Part shown: positions 23,301 through 35,060 of the stretch, one piece after another
Layout of the letters: the number at the start of each line of letters is the position of its first letter
Position numbering within the stretch: the stretch's first letter is position 1
Source of the DNA: Phoronis australis
Taxonomy: Eukaryota; Animalia; Phoronida
Direction: 5' to 3'
Assembly: GCA_002633005.1 (NCBI GenBank)
Contig: NMRA01000532.1
Location: forward strand, 1,401 to 65,400
DNA length: 64,000 nucleotides
Position numbers and translations under genes: made by a program
The notes under the pieces: model-generated
Told to the model about the DNA's origin: nothing
Database searches by the model: none
The model's input: the letters and a program-made list of their open reading frames with translations, nothing else

Positions 23301-25980
23301 CTGCTCTCTGAGTAAGTGAACTTTGTGAATTATTTAAATATTAAGTTATTGGATATTCTATTGATCAGATCCTCAGTGTCAATGTTTGGCCAATCCCCTT
23401 TAGCATACATATCATCCCCTGTAAACATCCATAAGGAAAAACATCCATACGTAAAAGGAAAAATCCATAAGATCTCTAAACTGGATTGCAAGGTGACATT
23501 TTATTAATTATTCGGTGAAATAAGACCTGCTCCTACAAGTTACGCCATTGAAAAGATCCTTCCGTTCACGGAGAAATCCACTGCTTTATTGCGTCCTGAA
23601 TTTCCTTACGGGAGACCCCATTCAGAATCTTTTCAGTCACAACTGAAAGTCGCTTTCGAAACAAAACGTTACTTCACAGTTGTCGGGATTCTCGAAATGC
23701 AGTGTGCACATGATCAAAGTGGAAGGAAATCTAGCTACCATGAAATAATGCGCGATTTTATAAGACCGTTTACTGGCTGTTTGTGCTCTCTGTGGTGTAC
23801 AGTACATTTGTAAACGTTGACATCATAGGAATTGTTTATAGCTCTGAATTAATATAATTGAAGTTTTTTTTAAAAGAATCGTACACACGTATACTATTTT
23901 ATTGATTCAAATCTGTATAAAATACAGACATTCTGAATAGGTTGACATGTTGAATTGTTTCCCATTGGCAGGCACATGGGTGGAGGCGGGCCTGCCTTCT
24001 GCTTGTCACTCGCCTTCGTAGGCTTCTGTACAGCCGTTGTGGAAACATTGGGTCACTTGTTGGGGTGTGTCGTTGGACTCTACGTCCCTGTGACAGGTAT
24101 GTTGAGTTAGCATTGTTAAAGTCATTAGACTCAATGTCGCTGTGACAGGTATGTTGAACTATAGCATTGTGAAAGTCACCGGACTCTATACATTTATGTG
24201 GTAGACATGTTGAACTAGCATGTGGAAAGTGTCCTCTGACCACTTTGTCAGCGTCAAAAGAAATAATAATTTTAGAACTTGGAATGCAAGCTTACAATTT
24301 ATGCTTTCTCCTTCTGTGTCAGGCTCATTTCAGATTTTCCACATTTTGACATGACTTTGTTATCCAATGCAGGTATCACTATTGTTGCTTTTGGTACCAG
24401 TTTGCCAGACACCTTTGCTAGTCGGACGGCCGCATTACAAGATGATGGTGCAGACGCTGCCATTGGCAACATCACAGGTAACATTCATTTCAATGCATCA
24501 GAGGACTTGCTATGTTTCACCTGTTGATAACACGGTGTTTGTCCAATTTAACACTGCATGGGAAATAGTGATATTAGTGACCCAAATTTTGAGGTCGGTA
24601 CAAGAGGAGTTTAACTCTTTGTCAACCTCCTGACATGCAATTATCAAAACACGACAACAGGTGGAATATAGACCTGCTGCTGTTTTGTTTTCATGGGGAA
24701 CTGAATTTCAGTTTGAAGGAGCTTAATTGACTGCATGCGAAAGTAATTTCTGTAAACTCTTTTTTAAATGCATTCATTTTTTTATCAGTGGAATAGCAGC
24801 GCCACAGATTGTGACATTTTTGTCCAATGGGATCAAGTTCTGTAGTAAACATGAGGTTTCATTAGGCCAAAGAAAATGGCATAGTTGGTTCTCAATGGTC
24901 TGCACCTGACTCAGTTTTAAATTTGTGTCCCATTTTTAAAGAAAAAAATCCTGCCTTACTTTTGCAATTTTCGCTAGCACCACCACAGTGTTTTGCATCA
25001 CCTTTTCGTAATGTAAGATTGAGTCTTGTAAGTTGTCCTGCCTCGTATGTCACAGTCTTTTGTTGATTGATTATAGGTAGTAATAGTGTCAACGTATTCC
25101 TGGGTCTGGGGTTGCCGTGGGTGATGAGTACACTATATTACTATTTCACAAACAAGAACAAGGGTGTCTACACAGTGTCACAGGCGAGCCTTCCACAGTC
25201 CGTCATTATTTTCACCACATGTGGCACCATCTGTATAATCATGCTGCTGGTTCGGAGAGTGGTGAGTCCTGCTCTTTGGCTTTATTCTTTAGATGGATTG
25301 TTGAGAGCCACGTAATAATTCGGATCTCATTGAAGTGGCAAACACTATTCATGTGAGATATTTTTTCATTTGGTATGATAAAGCTTTTCATCGTATTGTA
25401 AGATTTTTCATGTAAGAGAATTTTTTTCTCCATTTTCACATTTTCATATAATTCTAAAGTTCCGTGCACCTACATGATACAAATGATGCATGCGTATTGC
25501 TGTCATCTCAGTCTGGGTGTCCTACATCTGCTACCTGGCATCATCTTAGTCCTGGCTTACTGCATCATTCTGTATTTGCGTCTGCTTCTTTATGCCAAGT
25601 CACTCGCGGTGTGTAAAATGGAGCAAATGTGTGTCACCAAAAAGATGCTGCCTGTAAATGTTTAACTGCTGCATCCCCTGAGGTGATTTTAACGTTTTTG
25701 TGTTCATTTTGCACCCTGCTCTCTACAAGTATATCTACCGAACAGTTTGAGGATTGTCATGAAATTTGAGGGATGCTCTTTCGTTTTCTTTGTTGTTACT
25801 TCTCTAGACTGTCAAATTTACCGAATTATTATGTGTATTTGTTCACAGGTGATTGGAGGAGAACTAGGGGGATCTAAAGTTGTCAAGTGGGCGTGCAGTA
25901 TTGTTCTCCTAATTCTCTGGTTCACATACATTATTATCTCTGCTGCTCTTGCCTATGGGTGGTTCAAGTGGGAAATGTGA
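11208..25980 (+). CDS. SLC8A: Sodium/calcium exchanger (SLC8/NCX family), 3' part: CBD1, CBD2, TM6-TM10; spliced CDS of 13 exons per isoform, ~521 aa visible, N-terminal exons outside the window
   Basis: GT-AG exons join in one frame (1568 nt; first exon enters in phase 1) to a TGA at 25978-25980. Diagnostic motifs: [38 protein letters not shown] (CBD1-CBD2 linker), [23 protein letters not shown], alpha-2 repeat [17 protein letters not shown]...[30 protein letters not shown]. Calx-beta domains indicate NCX rather than NCKX. Confidence 0.95.
11733..11757 (+). CDS. SLC8A: NCX 25-nt microexon (ISKSTLKVA)
   Basis: tttgtttttcag acceptor, gtgagt donor; converts the phase-2 end of the upstream exon to the phase-0 start of the downstream exon. 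Confidence 0.75.
12339..12518 (+). CDS. SLC8A: NCX exon: CBD1 loop insert plus strands C-D (NGGTT...[27 protein letters not shown])
   Basis: tttctcag / gtaagc; [11 protein letters not shown] matches NCX1 VDFRTEDGTAN. Confidence 0.9.
12871..14020 (+). mobile_element. Degenerate interspersed element with ~130-150-bp internal repeats carrying a GCCCCCTAGTGGC motif (Helentron/HINE-like non-autonomous element)
   Basis: Same 5' head (ttttatg.g.c...atat.g.cgtc...ctgtatctcc) as 18073 and 10329; motif recurs at ~13333, 13618, 13889 and 14002. Family assignment is inference. Confidence 0.55.
14070..14570. repeat. 65-67-bp minisatellite, ~7 units
   Basis: aacaaaccactcatctgtctactc recurs at 14211, 14276, 14341, 14406, 14473 and 14540. 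Confidence 0.95.
15241..15403 (+). CDS. SLC8A: NCX mutually exclusive exon a, CBD1 C-terminal half ([54 protein letters not shown])
   Basis: ttttag / gtaggt; 163 nt, phase 0 to phase 1; open frame. Confidence 0.9.
15673..15835 (+). CDS. SLC8A: NCX mutually exclusive exon b, CBD1 C-terminal half ([54 protein letters not shown])
   Basis: ttttag / gtaaga; 163 nt, same phases as exon a; open frame, clear paralogue of exon a. Confidence 0.9.
17270..17600. mobile_element. MITE with GGCCAAAAA TIR and TAA TSD
   Basis: taa|ggccaaaaagc...ttctggtc and gaccagaa...gcttttttggcc|taa. Confidence 0.7.
18073..19230 (+). mobile_element. Second copy of the element with periodic GCCCCCTAGTGGC-like motif
   Basis: Head ttttatgcgcct...atatggcgtc, short (ccat/ccgt)n tract, then motif at ~18240, 18340, 18366, 18490, 18609, 18773, 19031 and 19210. 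Confidence 0.55.
20038..20161 (+). CDS. SLC8A: NCX exon: start of CBD2 ([41 protein letters not shown])
   Basis: ttttcag / gtaagt; phase-compatible with either exon a or exon b. Confidence 0.9.
20576..20711 (+). CDS. SLC8A: NCX exon: CBD2 ([46 protein letters not shown])
   Basis: aacag / gtataa; DG.AKGG..DY....G.LEF Calx-beta motif. Confidence 0.9.
21086..21176 (+). CDS. SLC8A: NCX exon: end of CBD2 ([30 protein letters not shown])
   Basis: ttttcag / gtggga; frame-compatible; Calx-beta strands F-G. Confidence 0.85.
21212..21337. repeat. 42-bp tandem repeat x3 (intronic)
   Basis: ctttgtttcttgctttacatttaagaaatccaaa.tggatca x3. Confidence 0.95.
21694..21772 (+). CDS. SLC8A: NCX exon ([26 protein letters not shown])
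   Basis: ttccag / gtatgt; SWGEQF matches NCX SWREQF. Confidence 0.9.
21790..21945. repeat. ~27-bp AT-rich tandem repeat (intronic)
   Basis: ttattccaagtgttattttattttac, ~5-6 units. Confidence 0.85.
22706..22828 (+). CDS. SLC8A: NCX exon ([41 protein letters not shown])
   Basis: ttcag / gtgagt; matches NCX DYVMHFLTVFWKVLFAFVPP. Confidence 0.92.
23972..24096 (+). CDS. SLC8A: NCX exon TM6-7 ([41 protein letters not shown])
   Basis: ggcag / gtatgt; hydrophobic TM peptide in frame. Confidence 0.9.
24077..24235. repeat. ~52-bp tandem repeat x3 spanning the exon 23972-24096 donor site
   Basis: gactc...ctgtgacaggtatgttga...tagcattgt.aaagtca repeated. Confidence 0.8.
24373..24477 (+). CDS. SLC8A: NCX exon, alpha-2 repeat ([35 protein letters not shown])
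   Basis: tgcag / gtaaca; canonical GTSxPD ion-binding motif. Confidence 0.95.
25077..25261 (+). CDS. SLC8A: NCX exon ([24 protein letters not shown]...IIMLLVRRV)
   Basis: ttatag / gtgagt; matches GSNAVNVFLGIG. Confidence 0.93.
25849..25980 (+). CDS. SLC8A: NCX terminal coding exon ([43 protein letters not shown])
   Basis: ttcacag acceptor; GGELGG motif, last TM, TGA stop. Confidence 0.93.
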   Translation: MIGGELGGSKVVKWACSIVLLILWFTYIIISAALAYGWFKWEM

Positions 25981-28900
25981 AATGGCACCTGAATTCATGA
26001 CAGTGTTATATGAAGGACCAAAGCTATAATGTCACGTGTCGACCTGGCTGCTCTCCACCCGTCCACATATGAAGCAAACGCCGCTACTTGAATCCATTGT
26101 GTTACGTAGTGACTTCTGTAGAGCCCAGGAATGCTGGACATGGGGAAAATGTCTTCAGAAATAAAAAGAGGTGAACTCTGTGAAGTCTGAAGAATTTCAA
26201 AGATATCTTGTTTGACATTGTAAAACAAGGAACATGGTGGACAAAACTGCTGGCATCTGTGAAAATGTGAAGTATTTATGTGAAGCCAATCAAGGATGAC
26301 AGGCTGTCAGGAGCAGTTTATGAATCAATGCCTGAGACATGTCAACCAATCTTGTCGATTGAAAAACAATGGCCAAGTGTGATTGGTTGATTTTTTAGGG
26401 AAACCAATGTTATTATAAATTCAGCAGGCAGTCGTGTAGGCCCTGCATCAACACGATGTTGAATTTGGCTAGCAATATACAGGTGTTGGGGCCTATTATC
26501 GACTCGCACATAAACATGCAGCTGTGTGCGTGTCACTTGAAAGTAGCTGAATGTGTATTTATATTTTTATAGAAACAATTCTGAATCTCTTAACGATACT
26601 CTTTCCGCTTCATTTCAGTTAAGTTTCGCAAAATGACTTTTACCACAAACCAATTAACTTTAAGCGGATTCCCGAATCATACTCATCCAACACGTTATCA
26701 AAATTACTTAAATTAAATATGAAATTTCCAAAATAACTTTTGATTTTCTGACTGTTCACCAACAAAATGACACGTTTGAAGAAATTGAACTTCATATTTT
26801 ATGAAATACCAATAAAAAGCTTAAATACAAGAAAGGTTGTAATTACCTAATATGGTTCTGTTTCAGTGATGTCTCTTCTAAAATGAAACTCTTTACTGTT
26901 CTAAACTCATGAAAATGACGGAAAGAATATCTTTATACTATGTGTTCTTGACTTGTGGTCACTGTGTTGTATAAAAGGTATAGTACACCCATTGTCGGGA
27001 GCTGGTTACACTTACTCTGTCCCGGCCGTTTAGGCTGTGAAAATTCAAGAGATTCTCCGAAGGATGACTATTTCATCAATCAAAACTTCTATGGCCATCA
27101 TACATCTGTTTATAACCATCGATATTAACGTCTTGTGCTTACTCTAAACTGGTCCTCTTAGCTGGAATTAATGTGGATCTGGGTTCGTATTGTTGACATT
27201 TTACCAAGTGAGATGTATCATTCAATGTACTTATGTAACACTCCCTATTATAACATTAGTTAGCTGTGAAATAGGGTGAATATTTTATGTTGTGAATGGT
27301 TCTTGTATTGTTATTTCATTCCAAGTTTCAGTGGCTTAGTCGAAAGGAACCATGTTTCAATATCTTGAAACCTGAAACATGGCACCTCGAATATGGTTCC
27401 AGGTTGCTAGAACCGATTCATTCCAATCTTAATCTGTGACATTGCAAAGTGAAAACTGCAACCTACAGTGCATATTTCCGGTCTTGTTCATGCTGAAACC
27501 TGCAACTAATCGCACTGATTTTCAATTCATTTAGGCAATAGCATTTAAGCTTGATGTGACATCATTAATACTATTTTGATTAATGGACCATGGTTTATAA
27601 TTTGGTTCTTTCGCAAGTCGGGCACCTTTGAAGGAGGGCGGAAAGGGCCATGGCACAATTGGTCAATATAATCACTTTCTAACAATGAAAACAAACAGAA
27701 TTACAGCAAGCATCCATGGTCCACTTTAAGAGATTTAGGTCACTGGAACCTGTGACATCACCATTAAACCAGGTCAAAGGTTTCAAGAAAATGAAACCGT
27801 TGGAAATATGCTAAGTTGCTGTAACCATGACTGAAAAAACAATACACATATCAAGAATCAATGGTAATATTCAGAATCTCAGCTGGGGCTCACTTCACAA
27901 AGTTGTTTTTGTAAAAGTTTACGTGTCCATTCTGCAGTGATATAGACCAGGGCTTTGTTGATAACCTCCGATTATAACGACAACTTTTCATGCCTGTCTT
28001 GGTCGCTAAGAATTTGTATCCCTGAGGACTAAGGTATGACAAACCTAACTTACTGTGAAATGGCCGCAGACTTTTCCTTGAGGAAGTTTAATAGAATTAC
28101 TTAAATAATATTTAATAATTCATTGTTAGTGATGTGAAGCATACATATATTATTTCAGTTTTAGCACACTAACTCGTCAGGTGTCTGTTTTTTTTTCTGA
28201 TTCGTTGTACAGTAGAGGCTAAATTGCCTTTATTCGAGGCACTTTTACTGATTATGTCTTAACCAGTTTATTGTAACGTATTTTGAATCTCATTTTAGCA
28301 GGGTTGTTTTTACCTTTGGATAATGAGCACAATCATAAATTTGAAAAAACGACCAAAAACTACTGACTCACTGGTGGGTCTAAATGTTTTGTTACTTCGG
28401 CATAGGAAGTGTTGTGATACTGGTACTCCTTTCTGAGATGGGATAGTTTTTGGAAGTCTCCAATGTCAACATTACCCAACAATTCTGTGAAGTCTCAAGT
28501 AGTGGCCAACCGTTCTGTGATAACATTTAATATTGAGAAAGCTTTATTTTTATTTTGTGCTGTAGATACTTGTAAATATCGATTTTAACTCGACAACAGT
28601 GTATTTTACTTTAATTGTAAATTTACGACTATGCTCAGTAGTTTCTCAACAGATATCGCGACTGAACCACTGACACCTGAAAATATTTTTTTCACTTTAT
28701 TTGTATCACCTTGTTTAGTGCTGCTCAGTTCATTTTCTTTTTAGCGATTTTTAATGTTGATAAAATACATTTACAATTTGAACCTTTTATTTCTTATGGC
28801 AACGTTTCTTCTGACAGATTTGAATTGGATGTTAATAGATTGCCAGATAGAATCTTTTCATCAGAAATTCCTTATGTGCCCAGGCAGTACCATCTGTGCA

Positions 28901-31025
28901 CATTCATAACTATGGCCTGCAGTTTAGCTTATAACGTCTAAAATTACTCGACTCAGGTGGGCAACATTATGTGTGCACAGTTCAGGTCTTGTAATTTTCC
29001 TCTTTTATGTGGATTTCCTGTTATTTGATTTCCAGTTTTCTCTTTTATGGACTCTTTTTATCATTACTTGACTTTATTGATGCAAAAACGTTTATTTCAG
29101 TTAAATTTTACAATACAAACAATCTTTCTATCACATAAGCCTATTTATTTATGGAACTATACCTGACCTGGAATTTTTTTTCTTTTTTGTCATTGGTCAT
29201 TCGAAGCCTTTAGGGTAAGAAGTATTGACTGACCTTTATATCATTTGGTATTGTTTAAAGCCGTATTATACCTGTGTTTTCTTATCATTTGATATTGTTT
29301 AAAGCCATATTATACCTGTGTTTTCATATCATGTGATATTGCTTAAAGCTGTATTATACCCGTTTTGATTTAGTCCACTTATCTTTACAAAATTGGTCTT
29401 GCATTGTTCCTTACTCGTGTGATCTCTGTACTCGGGAAGAATTTTCAGGGTGTTATTTCTTCTGATTAAGCTGATGACATGTCTCAAGACATAACAATTT
29501 GTCAACTTTTTCCCAGTCCTGAGGTCACCTCTAATTTGACTGGAACTATTTGACCCCAATTTCATAAGAGAAGTGGCCTAAGTCAAACCTTGTTTTTTTG
29601 ACAGAGAGCGCAGGTTTAATGCTGCTTTTACTCATACAGGCAATGCTATTTGTGGCCTTCACAAGTATTGACTGTCACTTAAAAACTGTCTTCTTGAATG
29701 CTGGGTGTGTTGCCATCTTTTCAGGTTGCTTTCTGGGCGAATGTTTAAAAACCATGAAATTGCACTTGACCATGGCTTACATGTGTAATTCCCGTAGTCT
29801 CCACGAGTGTCACTGTAAAAGCATGTTACCTCTTCACCTGTGTATTATACACCAAGACATTAATGTCAGAAAGTTTTATATTCATAATTATTTGTAGTTT
29901 CTGTTAAGTTTGCCACCTATTCACCAAATTATCTGGTCATATGTTTAGAGTTATGTTGTTCTTGAAGTTTTTGTTTGTATTTTCTTTTTAAGTCACACAA
30001 ACATGTACTTTTGTCGTAATCTCGTCTTTGATGCTCATTGAATCAAAAATCCTATGTTCCAATATCACGTATATTTAAGCTGTTGTTTTTTGAAAGTTAT
30101 AGACGACATCCCCATACTGTTAAGACGGTACGTTTTGTAACAATAGTTCTTTTTCAAACTGGCTTTGCTTTACGTGGGCTGTGTTTCATGAACAGTAACT
30201 TAAACTCGTAAGGCAGAAGTTTGGTCGTACACTACCACTTCACAATTTTCAAATATAAGTTAAGCCCTGTAATTTTTAACACATAATTGCCTGGAAATAG
30301 TTTGTACAAACATTCTCAATAAGTAAGTCAATTATGGGTTTCTTCTCAAATAATTTATTCGTTTCCTAAAATGAGTTTTAATTATTTTTCAGAAATTGTT
30401 ATGCGATATGTTAGACCAAATTTCTGTCTTAGGGCACTTTTCATGAAACATTTACCCTGAGCGATTCTCTTTATTCGTCTTAGGCATGTATGCAAATTGT
30501 ATGTTGGTCTACATCTGAATTTCGTCTATTTCTGTTTCGTAACAGTACGGCTATCGGAAATAACATTTCGTCTACGCCAGTGATCTGTTAAACAGGGTTT
30601 TTGTATCTACTTGTGACAGTTCGAGACTTGCATGTGATCTAGTTTACTTTTGTTGGAGATCACGTTTTCATTTTGTTATCCTGTTAGGCATAAAGGTTTT
30701 GTACGTTTGTAGGTTGCAGATTGCAGCGCTGAATGTGTTTGACGGTTGAACAATGAAATTGTACATAATTCGAGTGATGGTGTGTTAAAATGAGAATAAA
30801 GATTCACAATGCCCCGATTTGTGTGAGGTTTCATTTTATACTTGTTATGAGACTTTCTCTAAAACAACTTGTATTCACTACTTGTTCACTTTGGTTGCGT
30901 TGCTAAACTGATCGTTTTACGTTGTTGTTTAGAACACAATGCCTCGTTTTCATGTAAATTTTAACAACGAAAACGTGAGAGCGCGCGTGTTCCAAAGATG
31001 CAGAACCAATGTTTGTTTAGACACT

Positions 31026-31277
31026 CAGTGGCGGATCTAGGATATCATAAGAGTGGGGGGGCAACTTGTTGTCTGGGGCAACCGCTCAAAGCACGGGGGG
31101 CTCGAACTTTCGGGTTAGCGGAGCTTCAGATAAAAATCAAATCGGAGGACTAAAATTTTGTTCCAGTCGCAAGTTAATTACCGTGTGTGTGAATAAAGTC
31201 AATATTTCCTAACGCTCTTGCTGTTTTATTTTTTCTGCGGCAGCCAAGGCCCCCCCTTCCCCTTAAGTCCGCCTATG
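31026..31277 (+). mobile_element. MITE-like element, CAGTGGCGGATC...TCCGCCTATG ends
   Basis: Imperfect TIRs with G/C runs inside each end; no clear TSD. Confidence 0.6.
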
Positions 31278-32138
31278 GATACAACACCTCGCTTTCAACC
31301 AAAGATGGTGAATTTGTGGTAAGGCCTAGGGTTGAGTGAATTCAAAGATTCTAGCGGAGCCCGCGATAAGGATAACAATATGCTAGGAAGAAAAGCACCC
31401 AACTTGTCAATGAGACGACAATTACAGCGACGCTGTAATAGAGATGGTATGTTCTTTCCATCTGGGCTAGTTGGAAACAAACAAAAAGCCAATTTTTGTT
31501 TTAGTTTTTTAGTCGTACAGAAAACTGACAAGGAAATGTTATTTCAAATCACCAGCATCCCACGAATTTGCGCCCAAAGCACCTCATAAAGGGCTAAGCA
31601 CAAAAGTGGGCAAAATTTACCACATCTTTGCACTCCAATTTCGGTGGGAAACCATTTTAAAAGCGTAAAGATTGTCTTCTGATAGAGAGGTTAAATTTTT
31701 ACAAACATATTATTAACAGTTTTTCTCTACCTCTAATTTGCACCGTTTTAAAAGTGCTTTACTTACTTTACCTATGTGAATCAAAAATGGGCTATTTTGG
31801 GTCAAAATGTTGATGATGCTCTTTAAAAATACTGGCCCGAATAATTTGCAATAAAACCTTTTGAAAGAAAAATTACCAAGATGTATGAACACGCATTTTT
31901 AAAGATCTGAGTCGGTGATCCTAGAATCGACCGCGTAGAATGGCAGTTAACAATGGTAAGAAAATCCACAGTTAAAGCGTACAACGCAAATTTATCACCG
32001 TCAGTGAGTCCTCATGAAACACTTTTTTCCCATCTGAAATGTTCCACAATATGAATGAATTTCTTTGCCCACCGTTTTCTTTCCTTGCCCAACTACTGCC
32101 AAGCCGCCTTGTACAGTTATACTTGTGCTATGAAAATA

Positions 32139-33517
32139 ACCGCGGCACCAGAAGCAATCTGTCACACGAATAAAGCTCACAGTTGATGTGATTTTGTCAG
32201 TCGTCTATGAATGGGCTCATGCTGGGGACTTATTCTTGTCACGTGACTTTTGTATTTCCCGCCAATGAGATTCAACTGAATTGCTATTTCGAACCACACT
32301 GCTATTGAGACAAGAGAGATTGACACGTGCGATTACTTCTGCGATATACGAAACCTATATATATTGTGAAACCTTTATTACTACTGCTACGAGATCTATA
32401 CAATATATTGTGTGGAGTGCCTGAACAAGTGAGAATGCTTTTCATAGATTTCCTCAACAGCTTTAATTTGTGGATCCATCACAAAGTAAGTACTCTGCTT
32501 TTATCATGTGTTAAGTCACAGGCACCTTTAAGTAGCCCTCGATCATATACTGTAATAAAGAGAAAGTCTCTTTATTTAGTGTATAGTTGAGGGCTGATCA
32601 AAAGTGCCTGTGGTTAAGCGTTATGTTTTTTCGAACACGGTTGCCAGGCAAACACTAATAATTGAAAACAAAAAGCATAACGACACAGGTCATGAGGCTT
32701 TGTGTATTTGGGATGTGACCATCAATAATCGTCCATTTAGATGAGCAAAAATAAAAAGTTTGGTAAGGATAGAAAAAGCCCGACGAGGAAAGATGTCATT
32801 CAAGTGAGACACTTTTGAAATGTGTGATTGCATTTTGNACCGCGGCACCAGAAGCAATCTGTCACACGAATAAAGCTCACAGTTGATGTGAATTTGTCAG
32901 TCATCTATGAATGGGCTCATGCTGGGGACTTATTCTTGTCACGTGACTTTTGTATTTCCCGCCATTCGAACCACACTGCTATTGAGACAAGAGAGATTGA
33001 CACGTGCGATTACTACTGCGATATACGAAACCTATATATATTGTGAAACCTTTATTACTACTGCTACGAGATCTATACAATATATTGTGTGGAGTGCCTG
33101 AACAAGTGAGAATGCTTTTCACAGATTTCCTCAACAGCTTTAATTTGTGGATCCATCACAAAGTGAGTACTCTGCTTTTATCATGTGTTAAGTCACAGGC
33201 ACCTTTAAGTAGCCCTCGATCATATACTGTAATAAAGAGAAAGTCTCTTTATTTAGTGTATATAGTTGAGGGCTGATCAAAAGTGCCTGTGGTTTAGCGT
33301 TATGTTTTTTTCGAACACGGTTGCCAGGCAAACACTAATAATTGACAACAAAAAGCATAACGACACAGGCCATGAGGCTTTGTGTATTTGGGATGTGACC
33401 ATCAATAATCGTCCATTTAGATGAGCAAAAATAAAAAGTTTGGTAAGGATAGAAAAAGCCCGACGAAGAAAGATGTCATTCAAGTGAGACACTTTTGAAA
33501 TGTGTGATTGCATTTTG
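32139..33517. repeat. ~690-bp tandem duplication split by a single N (probable allelic assembly artefact)
   Basis: 32139-32837 vs 32839-33517 near-identical with a few SNPs and indels; N exactly at the junction. Confidence 0.85.
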
Positions 33518-34398
33518 ACTCTTTATGTGTTTGTGATCAATTTACCTTTCTTTTCAATTGCGGATTTTGTTATCATTAGGTCTATTAAGTTTTGTTGTCA
33601 ACTCCTTTGGTAATAAATCAAGATCTGGAGCCTTTTAATGTTTTGAAACCCCGAACGCTTCGGAATTCAAGTTGGCTAAACGTTGGCGTTAGCTTTAAGA
33701 TGCAACGTCGTTAGTTATCGCTGAGTTGTTGAAACGGCAGTCTCTTTTAAAATATTTACTAGCTTGAGTTCCTGCAAAATGTCAATGGTTTACATATTTT
33801 GATAGGGCTTCATCACAAAACGTGAACCAACACATTAGTTTTCAAGTGTTTTTTGCCGCCATAATGGAAACAATCGTGGAAATTTGTTGAAAACCATGTC
33901 TAGAATACACGTTATCGTTCGTGAGCATTGTGGAGGTTTAAATAGTCCTTTCTGACTAAAGTTTATAGGCGAGACATGACGACTGTTGGACGACGTCAGG
34001 CTACGAGAAGAATTAATCCGGGGCTCTCAAATCCAAAATACATGAAAGACTAGACAAAATGCAGAAAATGACGTCCTGGTCAAACTTTTTGATGTGTAAA
34101 AACCAGACTTAATTCGACCATAAAGTAGAGCCACAGATAACAGATTTCCACGATGATTTAAATTAAGGCGAAAAAGGCCACGCAGAACAAAGTCTTGAAC
34201 GGAGAAAAATGTTTAAATACATCACGTCAAGACGATTGATAAAACAGTAGCACACTCAAACGCTTAGACATCCGTACTGGGTAATCTCTCTATAGACCCC
34301 TGGGCACAGAGATCACTACACTTAAATTCATTACTTATTTGCTACTCACTGTACTAGAATTTTTTTTGAGAAGCCCGACTATAGTTGGACACAATGAT

Positions 34399-34714
34399 CA
34401 TAGGTGGATTTAGGGGGGGGGGGGGGCAGGGGNGCGGAAGCAAAGGACAGCGTTAGGAAATATGGGGTACACACTAACTAGGAACGGCGCGGACGAAGGG
34501 GGGAGGGGTTAAGCCGCTCACGCCCGGGGTGCGGCGGAATCACTATGTCGCCGTTTTTTGGTTTTTTTTGTCCTCCGATAGATTTGGGAACACCAGGGGT
34601 CACAACGCTGGCCCCCGCAACTTTCGAGGCGCGTGTGTATACGATCGCGCTTTGCCCAATTCTTCGAGGCAACATATGTTGGCCCCCCCTTATGTTATCC
34701 TAGGTCCGCCACTG
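34399..34714 (-). mobile_element. MITE-like element, CATAGGTGGAT...TCCGCCACTG ends (opposite orientation to 31026-31277)
   Basis: Same terminal motifs reversed; GC-rich; contains an N. Confidence 0.6.
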
Positions 34715-34899
34715 AGTGCCGATAGCTCATTGTTTGACCTAAAACCTTTCATGCAAAGGTAGAGTTCAATAACGCTGGGACCTCACTAAAAAGCAAGACT
34801 TCGCGAGATTAGATATTGTCATGTATTTTAAATTAGAACACCCTGGCGATTTTGGCTAGATTTTAGCAAGGTCCTAGCGTAAGTCCTAGCTTTACTAAA

Positions 34900-35060
34900 A
34901 CTTAAATATGGCGCGGCGAATATATACATGTAGGGACCACGACCACGTATTCGGAATAGAATTTCGTTGAGTACAGGCTACAAAGATTTCAAAAAAGTAT
35001 CCGGGTCATATAAAAACCCAAACTCTTGAGTACAAGGGGTGCGGTGGTCCCGCCCGTGGC
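34900..35060 (+). promoter_or_regulatory. Candidate promoter (YY1-like aaatatggcg 34904, TATAAAAA 35009, GC box ~35049) in a CpG-richer tract
   Basis: Motif co-occurrence upstream of the exon-like segments; motifs are short and could be chance. Confidence 0.2.

Noticed and set aside
32139-33517. Tandem gene duplication (ORFs 32327-32590 and 33004-33276)
   Set aside because: A single N sits exactly at the junction and differences are allele-like, so this is probably two haplotypes assembled in tandem; the ORFs have no recognisable domain.
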